From NCBI GenBank assembly GCA_937625935.1, contig OW569345.1, positions 626,887 through 690,886 of the forward strand: a stretch of DNA of 64,000 bases, in the 5' to 3' direction. A program made the translations under genes and the position numbers. Below the pieces are notes generated by a model that was not told the origin of the DNA, made no database searches, and was given only the letters and a program-made list of their open reading frames with translations. Of this stretch, positions 53,201 to 64,000 are shown piece by piece (position 1 is the stretch's first letter; each line of letters begins with the position of its first letter). Origin of the DNA: Tetramitus jugosus (lineage: Eukaryota > Protista > Heterolobosea).

Positions 53201-56200
53201 ATCTGGAAGCATCTAGGAATAGAGCAATCGATACCAGAGAATTGATTGGAACAATGACATTGATTAACATCAAAGCATGAACCGTGACCAGAGCATACTT
53301 GAGAACTATTATGGTTCACAGAGAAACAATCAAATTGATCACACTTCACACCATAATATCCATCAAAGCAAGTACATTTGTCAAAGTCAATACACGAGCC
53401 ATGACTTGAACAAACCTTGGAGCTGTTGTACTTTTCATCAAAGCAATAGAATTGTTCACAATTTCTTCCGTAAAATCCATGTGAGCAGGAGCAATTGTTG
53501 AAATCAATGCATGAACCATGGCTTGAACAGACACTCGCATTGTTTTTGCTCACAGAAAGACAGTTAAACTGCTCACATCTACTACCATAATATCCATCGG
53601 CACAATGACAAGTACATGAACCATGGCTAGAGCAAATCTGAGAATTAGTATGAGAAACATTGAAACAATCATAGTGTTCACAATTTGACCCATAATAAGG
53701 AGCAGAGCACGAGCAATTATCGACATCTAGACACAAACCATGACTAGAGCAAACATTGGAACTGTTGAAGTTCATGAAGAAGCAATCAAATTTCTCACAG
53801 TTACTTCCATAGTATCTACCGGAGCAAGTGCAGTTATTACCTCCAACACAACTGCCTCTACGAGAACATACCGACGCATTCTGAGGCAAAATCCCGGCAC
53901 AAGTGAACTGGTCACAATGTTTACCATAGTATCCATCATTACAATGATTAATAAGAACCATGGTATTTTCACCTCCAGTAAAAATTTGTAAAACCTCGTT
54001 TTGACCAGGGGTTGGAATCAAAACAGGTGAATTCCTTAATATTTCTGTTCCATCACCAAGTGAACACTTTCTATTTATTCCCCATGCATACACTTTTCCT
54101 TCTGAATCGAGAGCCACTGAGTGGTACTTGCCGGCCGCAATCTGTACTATCGTCTGGTTTTGAAGCATACTCACTGCCGTTGGAATGTATAGAGAAAGAA
54201 TATTACCATGTCCTAGTTGTCCATACCCATTTCCCCAGGTGTATACCTCTCCTTCGTTAGTCAATGCAATAACATGACTTGCTCCTGCGTCGATTTGGAT
54301 CACAGTTTTGTTCACAAGAGTTTCATTCGTATCTACATTGATAGGTTCAACCAATATACCTGTGTAAAATCCCAGTTGACCATTTACATTATATCCCCAT
54401 CCATAAATCTTTCCCTCATCGCTGAGTGCCAATGAGAATGCATCACCTACAGCAATTTGAATGATTTTCTTGTTTTCGATGAGGGCACCACTAACACGAG
54501 TAGGAACACGGGGCCAAATTACACCCCAGTGAAACAACTCTGACTTGTCAGTGAGTGCCAATGTATGGTACGATCCAGCATCCACTTGAGTAATAATACT
54601 TCCATTCAATGGGCTCATATCCAATAGAACTGGCTTTTCTCTGGTAAGAGTTGTTCCATCACCCAGTTGGCCGAATAGATTACTACCAAATGCGAGCAAT
54701 GATCCATCATCAGTCAGTGCTATTGTGAAATATTCTCCAGTGGTTACTTGAATGATGGTTTGATTCGTCTCCACTCTAGTTGATTGTTCTGCAAGAAATG
54801 TTTGTTCTGAACCAAGAATGTAACCATAATTTTTAAACATACTGAGCGAGCCTCCCCATACATAGAGTCCTCCTTTTGTACTAACCATTGAATGTGTATT
54901 CACGTCAATGGATGTAATGGCGAGTGACTTGTCTTTATGGTTTTCTTGCCATTTCATTAATTGGAGTTTGGTTCTATCGTCATTTTGTCCCAATTGCCCC
55001 AATTCATCATTGCCCCAAGAGTAAAGGAATCCTTCAGAGTCTTTAACTATAGTGATGGAAGCACCACAGGAAACTTCAACAATCTGCTTTCCACTCAATG
55101 GTCCATTCATGTCAACTTCAATCGGTAGTATCTGCTGTGTATCATACCCACCGTAGTTTAGTTGTCCTGCACTACTTGCTCCCCACGCAAACAACTTTCC
55201 GTCACTGGAAACTGCAACTGTGAAGTCTCGACCGACCGAGACTGCAATCATTGTCTTTCCACGTAGTACACCACCGGTATAAACGGGCCTGGGGACATTG
55301 GAAAATTGAAGAGTTCCTTCACCGAGACTTCCATACGAGTTTGAACCCCATGAAACCACTTCACCATCACTAGTGATTGCCACAACTTGTTGTTCACCAG
55401 TAGATAATTTGGTAATGTTCTTGTTCCTCAGAAATCCGTTTACGTTGACAGCAACTGGATCAGCTCGAGTAGTGGTTGTACCATCGCCCAATTGCCCTCT
55501 AGCATTAATACCCCAAGAATACGCTCTTCCTTCATCGGTCAACACAACGACTAGACTAATCCACACATGAATTTGAGTTACAAACTTTCCCACGAGAGCT
55601 CCTCCAATCTCTTTTGGAGCAACGTTTCCTCCCCATTGATACACCTTCCATTCGAACCCAAAGCATAGGAGAGTGAGGAACCAGCAGCTACTCGAACAAT
55701 AAATGTTTCGTTGAGAGGAGCGACTGTCATATCAACAAGGACAGGAACTTGACGGAAAGTTGTTGTCCCATCTCCAAGCTGTCGTTGGGAATTTAGACCC
55801 CAAGCATACACTTGACCTTCACTAGTTACTACCAATGCATGGTAGCTTCCAATAGCCCCATGCACTACCTTTTGTCCAACGAGTAATCCTTTGACTTGTG
55901 TTGGAGTATAGATGTTTGTGTTGGCATCCACACCCAGACCCAAATTTCTATACAAATTGCTTCCCCAAACAAACACTCTCCCATCTTCAGTCACAACCAT
56001 AGAACCAGAGGTGGGACCAGAAGAAATATGAAGAGTAGTGTTAGCAATTTCACTGATATCCACTGGCCTTGCTGGTTTGGTTTGTGGCAACAGAGGACCA
56101 CTGAAGTAAAGACCAGCAAACTTCACTCCTTGTTGTAAGGTCAAGTCACTGAGAACTATGACACACAATAAAAAAAACAATGCGTACAAGATTACTTTCA

Positions 56201-56201
56201 T
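50245..56201 (-). CDS. Large type I surface protein: signal peptide, RCC1-like repeats, EGF-like repeats, PKD/REJ-like region, GPS-like motif, TM; one 1-nt frameshift near 55646
   Basis: The 207-aa and 1799-aa ORFs join if GGAAGGTG is read as GGAAAGGTG (SNGKVYQWGG). RCC1 motifs WG.N..GQLG, CSSHGSC repeats, REJ-like PKSGVALDTEF..GWIDSD.PLTY, CTYFD..W..C..VTCSC, and TM AIGLGVGLGLGIP. Confidence 0.85.
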
Positions 56202-56897
56202 AAGTATATATCTTTGATTGATTAGTTTGATTCAATTACTTACACTTCTCCCTAGACGAGTTAATCGCATTTAAACCTAGTTGGAACTTCATGTTCCGGA
56301 AAGATCAAACTACAACCGACACAAAATAACAAAATCCGCTAATATTCGTATTGTTCTATCTTCATGTTCTTGTGTTGTTCCATCGCATAAGCCGAAATGG
56401 ATAAAGGATATCCTCGGGTGGAGACTTTTAGGGATCCTATAAAACACGACTTCCTTTTTTGTTAAAAAATGATTGCGACTCGTGACGTTTATCGGAGAGT
56501 ATTCACACTTGAAACTTCGAAAGAATTATTCTTCAAACTTGAACAAACAACATGCAAGGTATCGTCAAAATTAAATTGTTTCATTTAGCAAACAAAATGT
56601 GGTAGAAAGTGAGTCAGAGACTCTAACTAATTCTTCTCACCATTCCAAGGTTAATTACGGTGATCATTGTTGAATACGATACAGACCAGGAGACAGGGTT
56701 TTAACTGCTGTGAACCGAAGCAGTACATGGTGATGATACCAGGTGTGGTGGCAGGTCGTCGAATCGTGCTTTTGCGTATCAGTGTTGATCTTGAAGGTTC
56801 ATCTTGGTTCAACTTGTTTGTATTTTTTCCGGTCAAAAGTCCACAATCTTCCAGAAAAAGAAAGAAACTCAGCAAGTCGATTCTCTTGTCATCAATA

Positions 56898-58421
56898 ATG
56901 TCATCCATGATTGATGCTTATGTGGCTGTCTCTGAGGCAATGGAAAATATCGAAAGACGTGCTGCCAGAAAGAATGCAAAACTTTGGCAAGTCCAAGCAC
57001 TGGCACCTTTCTCAACTGAACTGTCTCGAATCCAAGCTCCAGTTATCATTGGAGGAAGTGTGCAACAATTGGAATACGACATGTATGGATTAAGATCTCA
57101 AAGACTGATGGTGGACAATGAACCTGTGGGGACTATTGAAGCTCCAGATGTCCAAAAGTTGAAATGTTTGGCAAAGGCTTCTCCATTTGGAAGAGGCAAT
57201 GAAACTGTGTTTGATGAATCAGTGAGAAAAGCTATGGAGATTACATCAGATCGTCTCCAAATCAATTGTTCAGAAGCATTCTTTCAAGCATCCATCGGTG
57301 ATTTTCTGTTCTTGCGACAAGTGAATGATAAAATGGCACCTAGATTCATGCAATATGAAGCCAAATTACACAAGTTGACTATTTATGAAAATGGTGGATT
57401 CTTTGAGGAACATGTTGACACTCTTCATGCACCCAATCATCTGGCTACGGCTCTTGTTTGTCTACCAGTGAAACATGAAGGAGGTGCTTTACTTGTCTCA
57501 AAAGCAAGTTACTCTTCAACTTGTGATTCTACTGGATCATCTACCACAGATCATTCTTCTGATTGCTATCGATTGGATTTTAGTCCCAATTCTGATAATT
57601 CGATTCAGTGGTGCGCATTTTACACTGACTGCAAACACAAGGTTGAACCTGTGACAAGTGGAACAAGAATCATATTGCAGTATGACTTGTTTGCAGAACG
57701 TGAAGACGATGAAGAAAATGATAGAGACTTGCAAACGAAGATTATGGGTGCGAAACACTCAAATCTATCAATTTCTGACACTTGTTCCATTGACAATGAA
57801 CAGAGTTTAGAAAGTATAAGACAAAACTTATCTCTGTTTTTCTCTGGACAATTAAGTCTGGATAATCATGAGTCAGAGTCTCATTCATATTCAGGTTCAA
57901 ATTCTGATTCAGATGATGATCAACCAAGTCGTAAGAAAGTTAAAATTACCAAAATGTCTGGAACAGACAAACTGGTGAATAGACTGGCATTTCTATTGTG
58001 TCACAGATATAGAGCTGGTTCAGTAGTACCAGAATTATTGAAGGGGTCAGATACCATATTGTACAACTATCTGGAAAGTCATGCTCGTGAAGAGTATCAA
58101 CTTTGTCTCACACCGATTCTAATGTTTACATCTGAAGACATTTATGAACATAATAGAACAAGTACATTGGTAGCTTCACCATTCTCTGATCAATATATTT
58201 TAGAGAATAGATTGGACAGTAAAGATGGTGACTCGTCAGATGAGGAAGAAGAACAAAAAGGAAGAACAATTCTGATTCCTGGTTCAAAGCAAGCAGCTCT
58301 TGAATGTTTGAAACATGTTCCAGGAATTGAACATACTGGAAATGAAGCACAAGACGAACAAAACTTTTATTATGGAGCAGCATTGGTCATTACTCCAAAA
58401 GGTTACACAAATGATGAATAG
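56898..58421 (+). CDS. 2OG-Fe(II) oxygenase
   Basis: SPFGRG.ETV.D.SVR, KLTIYENGGFFEEHVD (HxD), HEGGAL, AFYTDCKH (distal His) and PVTSGTRIILQY (Arg). Start at ATG 56898 is inferred. Confidence 0.88.
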   Translation: MSSMIDAYVAVSEAMENIERRAARKNAKLWQVQALAPFSTELSRIQAPVIIGGSVQQLEYDMYGLRSQRLMVDNEPVGTIEAPDVQKLKCLAKASPFGRGNETVFDESVRKAMEITSDRLQINCSEAFFQASIGDFLFLRQVNDKMAPRFMQYEAKLHKLTIYENGGFFEEHVDTLHAPNHLATALVCLPVKHEGGALLVSKASYSSTCDSTGSSTTDHSSDCYRLDFSPNSDNSIQWCAFYTDCKHKVEPVTSGTRIILQYDLFAEREDDEENDRDLQTKIMGAKHSNLSISDTCSIDNEQSLESIRQNLSLFFSGQLSLDNHESESHSYSGSNSDSDDDQPSRKKVKITKMSGTDKLVNRLAFLLCHRYRAGSVVPELLKGSDTILYNYLESHAREEYQLCLTPILMFTSEDIYEHNRTSTLVASPFSDQYILENRLDSKDGDSSDEEEEQKGRTILIPGSKQAALECLKHVPGIEHTGNEAQDEQNFYYGAALVITPKGYTNDE

Positions 58422-59868
58422 AGATAGCGACAACTCCATATGAAACACCACCGATAGCTTTCGCATTCAGGAATGCAAATGAAGAAATTTGTCGTTACAG
58501 AGTAAGAGCATTGACAAGATTAATCGAATATTGTGTGAGTAGTGCTGTTGTTGATCAATTCCATACTTATTTTCCTTCGCATATAAAGACCCATTTTATC
58601 TCTCGCCTGTTCTTCCTTCTTCCATCAGTGATAATAAGAAACATGTTTTGTGCTGGGAAGTGGTACATGAATGAACTACGAATTAAAGTTTATTTTGTAG
58701 TAAAACATCCATTCTTGATCATCGTGCTTAATAACAGAACATTGAGCTCAACATTTCCTTCTCACTGCTGAAGGTCAAGCTCAACACTTGAATGATTCTC
58801 ACCAATTGGTTGCATGAGAAGTGATTATTGAGATTTAAACAAGTCAATTCCATCTATTCCATCAGAAATGGCAGAAATTCAAGAGCTCGCGCGATACATT
58901 CAGAAACAGGTTCACGATTGCACAATTGTATCCGATCATGTGGGGCTTACAGGTCGTGCGAATGACCATTCTGAAGCCATTTCCCCCATTTTTGAACTCT
59001 ATTCCAGCGTCTATTTCACATACACTTATCAATCTTCAAAGTCAAAAAATTCCTCAATGAAAATAGCACATTCCACTGTGAAGGAATCAAACAAGTCAGT
59101 GTCGAACAATATCACCAAGTTAAATTGTTTGTTCGTCGACTGAAGCATCAAACATCGACCAAGATAAAAAATCGATTGAATCTTTCATGGTTAATAGATA
59201 TGCACTCTCCTTTGAGTACTTCGATAACCCTCATGACTACACTGAATACATCTGGAAGCTCCCTCTTTATCTATTCAGCAACAAGTGTAACAAACAATAT
59301 TTGATAACATTAAATACTGGAAAAAGAAACCACAATCATGAACTACCTACTCATCATTGATCGAGAAATGCTGGTGAGAAAAAGAATTTTGTACAGCAGA
59401 AGATCATGTCATCAAAACTTACTCAAACAGAATCAACATTGTTAATGCACCTCAACGTGTCAGCCACGACTGATATTTAGACTTCTTCGAGACTGGAAGA
59501 CAATGATCTTTGATGTCATTAATTGAGAGGAGCTTCTGATCCTACTATGACTGATACTGAAGATTACATATCATTGGACAGAACTGACCTCGACCAATTT
59601 CATGGACAGAAACCATTGCCAAAAACTCAATCTCTCTATGAATATACTTTTTTGTTTTTCATCTAGATATCAGTCCAAGCAGATTCATTCAATTCATTGT
59701 TCTTGATTTGTCAGTTCAGTTCCCAACCGAGTTTTAGCAGGTTGCCAATTCATTAGCTCCAACAAATTAAAAGTAACAACAAACCAAATGAAATAATTAG
59801 ATATTTTTATTCACATCAAAATGTTCGCATCTATTGTTTCTTCAACAAACACAATCACATAACATCCA

Positions 59869-60968
59869 ATGGATTCATGGATAATTCAACTACAACTACA
59901 ATCACTTTTCCTTTCTCCATCTCTTGAGTCTGAACTTCCACCAACGTTAACAACTTGTGTGGTTATCACAAGGGATGAGGAAGGACTCCACATCCATAAC
60001 GATTTTGAAAATCCTATACAGTTACTCCAAACCAAACTGGATCAAGAAAAACTGGACAATTCACAACTTCAAAATTGAAGGAAGCCAAAGACACAATTAA
60101 AAAGAATAACCAAGAAATATCCACACTTAAAGAACAATGAGAAAGATTAAGTGCTCAAATGGGTCCCGATGATTCCACTAAAAAACCTAGCGTGGTTACA
60201 GAAACTCGAGACCAATGGAGTTGTGACTGAAACCAGCATTCATGTCAAAAATTTTGCTTCACTACCAGACGAAGAGTTTGAATCTCTGACCAAGATCGTT
60301 GATCATGTTGCACGCCAAAGTAATAAAGAGACAGCTTTCATGTTTAGATCTGGTAAAAATCTTTTGGAGTACTCAGAAATGAAGATTGAGTTGGGAAAAA
60401 ATTGAAAAAATTACAAGAGAAGTGTCAAAAGACCACTTGGAGGAAGCATTGAAATTGCTTTGAGCGATAAATCTTTTACTTCTCGGATCAGGATGTTTGG
60501 GAACTGTGTGGGACTGAATCGTCAGTGTGATCTGTAACACTTCGCCTGAGCTATATTCTTCGACAGAAGATAATAGAAAGGAGTTAGTTCGTGTTATGAA
60601 CGATACATGTATGAATGGTATCTCCATTACCTCGAGGAGATGCCTTGTCAAACTTCAGATTTCCGAACTTGGGAACTACGGAACTAGAATAGTTTAGAAA
60701 CATGGTGGTTATGAATGACTACTGTCAAGACATGAGACTATTTACCAAAATAGCTAAACTTATCGGTAGAAGGTGTCTTGATCAAGAAACCGAACGTATG
60801 AAAGAAGTTGCTTGTTCTTTGTTGAGCACTCCTGGAGATCATCTTATCAAGCTAATTTATTGTTGGGACAACATGTTGATTACCAAAGCAAGAAGAGATA
60901 TCGTTAAATTAACATCTGTTTCTGGGTATCAAATCCCAGTTCCCAGTTCTATCTTTGCCCCGTGCTGA
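59869..60968 (+). pseudogene. Decayed subtelomeric gene remnant
   Basis: Consecutive coding-like fragments (59869-60078, 60151-60405, 60702-60968) linked by frameshifts and in-frame stops. No family recognised. Confidence 0.45.
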
Positions 60969-61252
60969 TTCAAGAATGTTCAAGAAAACTTCACTGTCAG
61001 AGTCTGACTCTTTTTGGAGATGGGAAAACTTCGCTTTCTTCATATCAATTTCTCTTTTTCTCTTCAGGTTGTTCAGCTTGAAATTTTCGTGGGTCATTTT
61101 TTTACATTCCTAATGCTTCGATTAGAAACAATAGGATCAGACAACTCATCACCACACAGAAATCCTCTGTTAGTAGCCAGAAAGACAACAACAGCCATAG
61201 CATTCTCACCTTCATCTCCTTCTTGAAATTGATTAATGGCAGTGAAATCTAT

Positions 61253-61273
61253 GGGTTGGGTTTGGGTTTGGGT
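61253..61273 (+). repeat. Interstitial telomeric repeat
   Basis: GGGTTGGGTTTGGGTTTGGGT, in the same orientation as the terminal array. Confidence 0.85.
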
Positions 61274-61526
61274 CTGTCTTGTTGTTAAGGAAAACCCGAG
61301 AACTTTGCTGTATTAGGTATCAGAGCGTTGAAATTTACAGTTTAGTGTAAAAAAAAAAAATTGAGTTCGGTTGAGTTGTGGCTTACAGGTTGAGGGAGTA
61401 AAAAGAAGACATATAGGACAAGAGCTGCATGACTCTTGGAGTCTATGATCAGATCGGAGATATTGAGGTTCAACGAACAGGGAGGTTCACGGTCCAGGAC
61501 CGTGAAATGATTTCCTGAATTTCATC

Positions 61527-61678
61527 TCAGGTCATTTGTCAGTGGAGCTTTTTGGGATCCAGCAAAGAATTTCGACCAATGGGCGAAGTGATTGTAACGG
61601 ATTAAGAAGGAATACAACGCACCAACATGAATATGACAGAAGACTTTTGAAGGAGTTCAACCTGAAATACAATGGCAG
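61527..61678 (+). repeat. Subtelomeric ~150-bp duplicated block, copy 1
   Basis: Matches 62916-63056 (TTGTCAGTGGAGCTTTTTGG..GCAAAGAATTTCGACCAAT..CAACATGAATATGACAGAAGACT..CCTGAAATACAA). Confidence 0.9.
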
Positions 61679-62391
61679 TCAATAGTTAGCTATTTGTCTT
61701 GATCATGATCTGTGACTACTAATTACGACTTGCAACCTGATTTTTCAGTAGTTTGATTTGATGTCTTTCTGATCTATCTGTTTCCTCCATTGTATCCTGT
61801 TGCATTTTACGTTTGTTTTATCATGAACACTGTTTTTTAGAGCGATACATCCTCAAACTTCGACTCTATTTTTTGGATCAACTTGCCTTCAATAGTATCT
61901 GTACTAAAGTGCAAGTGATTTCTGTTGAAAAGCAGATTTCGGTTGCATCGACCTCCAACCAGCATTTAAACCCAAATCCCACCCTTTTTTACTTTTTGAT
62001 TTTATCTGCAGAATAGGTCGTAGGGCTCTGTAGTCATTCAATGAATCTTCAATTGTATCTCTGTTGAATAGCACACCATTTATGTCAAAAGAACATTTAG
62101 GGTTGACTTCTCCTCCAACCAGTGTAAAAGCCCTTACCCAACCTTTTTCTTTTTGACTGTTCAGGACTCAGAGCATTTCTACGTCCTAATTATCATATAT
62201 GTTCGTAATCTATTGGTTCTGAAGTTGTTTACATTGAGAATGCATGTCAGAGGTTCAATCTGTATCCAACCATCTTATAAACCCTTCCTTACCCAACCTC
62301 AACTTTATGTCATGATTGGTGCAAGAGTGAAGTCATAGATTGTCTGATACCGAGAGTGTTATTAAGTCTCCTATTATGCTTTACAAGATAA

Positions 62392-62447
62392 GGGTTTGGG
62401 TTTGGGTTGTGACATAAAGACAAACCAATATTGTATAACCCAAACCC
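62392..62447. repeat. Interstitial telomeric repeat with an inverted copy
   Basis: GGGTTTGGGTTTGGGTT at 62392-62408 and AACCCAAACCC at 62437-62447. Confidence 0.8.
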
Positions 62448-62587
62448 GTAGTTGGATGAAATAGTACTCATCGTGTTTGTCATGCTCTGAAACCCTCAAA
62501 CTAAGCTTACCAATAAAAAATATGTTGTTGTTGTTGAACTGTACTGCGAAGTACATGTATCCAGTTGGGTTTCAAGTTGGGTTTCCA

Positions 62588-62950
62588 GTGGAGCTAAAAA
62601 GCTCCACCTAAAATGACTAAGGAGCTTTTCTTCTGCAACTGAGCTTTTTTCTGGTGGAGCTTTTTGGCTCTGCCTAATTTTATTGGTGGAGCTTTCTCCT
62701 CTTAGGCAGCTTTTTTCTGGTGGAGCTTTTTGGCTCCACCTGTTTTTCTCATGTAAAAATTGTCATGGCTCCACCTGAAATTACTGAGGAGCTTTTCTCC
62801 AGTGACTGAGCTTTTTTCTGGTGGAGCTTTTTGGCTCTGCCTAAATTTGTTGGTGGAGCTTCCTCATGGTAGGAAGAGCTTTTCTGGTGGAGCTTTTTGG
62901 CTCCACTTGTTCTTGTCAGGTCGATTGTCAGTGGAGCTTTTTGGCTCCGG
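62588..62950. repeat. Subtelomeric tandem repeat (two ~165-bp units) built from GGTGGAGCTTTTTGGCTC hairpin motifs
   Basis: Units at about 62601-62755 and 62768-62920. GGTGGAGC-TTTTTG-GCTCCAC and GTGGAGCT-AAAA-AGCTCCAC stems recur. Confidence 0.85.
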
Positions 62951-63056
62951 CAAAGAATTTCGACCAATAATTGTAACGGAGTAAGAAGGAATACAACACA
63001 GCAACATGAATATGACAGAAGACTATGAAGGAGTTGAACCTGAAATACAACGGCGG
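62916..63056 (+). repeat. Subtelomeric duplicated block, copy 2
   Basis: Matches 61527-61678 with small indels. Confidence 0.9.
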
Positions 63057-63228
63057 TTGTACTCTGCACAGAGAGTGAGACAAAAAGCAAACGACTGGAT
63101 GTTTCAAGATGTAGTAATATGAAGGAAGAAGAAATACGATACAAGATTACAATGGTTGACATTGTATTCCGGCATAAAAATTGATTTTGAGATGATTTTG
63201 TGACTTTGATGAAAAAATGGATTCTGAC

Positions 63229-64000
63229 TTGGGTTTGGGTTTGGGTTTGGGTTTGGGTTTGGGTTTGGGTTTGGGTTTGGGTTTGGGTTTGGGTTTGGGT
63301 TTGGGTTTGGGTTTGGGTTTGGGTTTGGGTTTGGGTTTGGGTTTGGGTTTGGGTTTGGGTTTGGGTTTGGGTTTGGGTTTGGGTTTGGGTTTGGGTTTGG
63401 GTTTGGGTTTGGGTTTGGGTTTGGGTTTGGGTTTGGGTTTGGGTTTGGGTTTGGGTTTGGGTTTGGGTTTGGGTTTGGGTTTGGGTTTGGGTTTGGGTTT
63501 GGGTTTGGGTTTGGGTTTGGGTTTGGGTTTGGGTTTGGGTTTGGGTTTGGGTTTGGGTTTGGGTTTGGGTTTGGGTTTGGGTTTGGGTTTGGGTTTGGGT
63601 TTGGGTTTGGGTTTGGGTTTGGGTTTGGGTTTGGGTTTGGGTTTGGGTTTGGGTTTGGGTTTGGGTTTGGGTTTGGGTTTGGGTTTGGGTTTGGGTTTGG
63701 GTTTGGGTTTGGGTTTGGGTTTGGGTTTGGGTTTGGGTTTGGGTTTGGGTTTGGGTTTGGGTTTGGGTTTGGGTTTGGGTTTGGGTTTGGGTTTGGGTTT
63801 GGGTTTGGGTTTGGGTTTGGGTTTGGGTTTGGGTTTGGGTTTGGGTTTGGGTTTGGGTTTGGGTTTGGGTTTGGGTTTGGGTTTGGGTTTGGGTTTGGGT
63901 TTGGGTTTGGGTTTGGGTTTGGGTTTGGGTTTGGGTTTGGGTTTGGGTTTGGGTTTGGGTTTGGGTTTGGGTTTGGGTTTGGGTTTGGGTTTGGGTTTGG
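63229..64000 (+). repeat. Telomere (TTTGGG)n, about 128 units to the window end
   Basis: Uninterrupted TTTGGG hexamers, G-rich strand running 5'->3' toward the end. Confidence 0.98.

Noticed and set aside
55560-55650. Programmed frameshift or small intron joining the two RCC1 ORFs
   Set aside because: There is no slippery heptamer, and a frame-restoring intron would delete the conserved VYQWG motif. A 1-nt indel is simpler.
60130-60520. TGA reassignment or selenocysteine readthrough in the subtelomeric remnant
   Set aside because: TGA terminates intact genes here (for example Tctex1 and the 17338-21690 gene), and the remnant also contains frameshifts.
62437-62447. AACCCAAACCC as a telomerase RNA template
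   Set aside because: It lies 28 nt from a complementary telomeric seed in the subtelomere, so fold-back or inversion explains it. No other telomerase RNA features were visible.
62588-62950. CRISPR-like array of palindromic repeats
   Set aside because: The spacers are themselves duplicated and irregular, there are no cas genes, and the context is a eukaryotic subtelomere.

Overview
A gene-dense, intron-poor eukaryotic chromosome end. It uses the standard genetic code, has short GT-AG introns and CAA/AAC-rich low-complexity coding, and ends in about 770 bp of pure (TTTGGG)n telomere. Gene repertoire and style suggest a free-living protist, most plausibly a heterolobosean amoeboflagellate (inference only). 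About 30 protein genes are present, including ValRS, V-ATPase subunit a, LETM1, Vps20, a Rab, B9D1, C9orf78/Tls1, three F-box genes, ankyrin proteins, a cystatin and a 4-exon Tctex1 that the ORF track missed. There are two tRNA genes (Leu-CAA and an intronless Tyr-GTA) and about 5 kb of decayed, repeat-rich subtelomere. Two observations stand out. (1) A 5'-truncated, poly(A)-tailed insert with a perfect 15-bp target-site duplication lies 40-54 bp upstream of, and head-to-head with, tRNA-Leu, and is followed by an older diverged copy of the same 3' end. This looks like a tRNA-gene-targeting non-LTR retrotransposon family convergent with dictyostelid TRE5. (2) A Vps4/spastin-like AAA ATPase with intact catalytic motifs is built as a type I membrane protein (signal peptide, C-terminal TM, YxxPhi tail), which would place the ATPase in the lumen or outside the cell. 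All family assignments are by-eye motif recognition; no searches were run.
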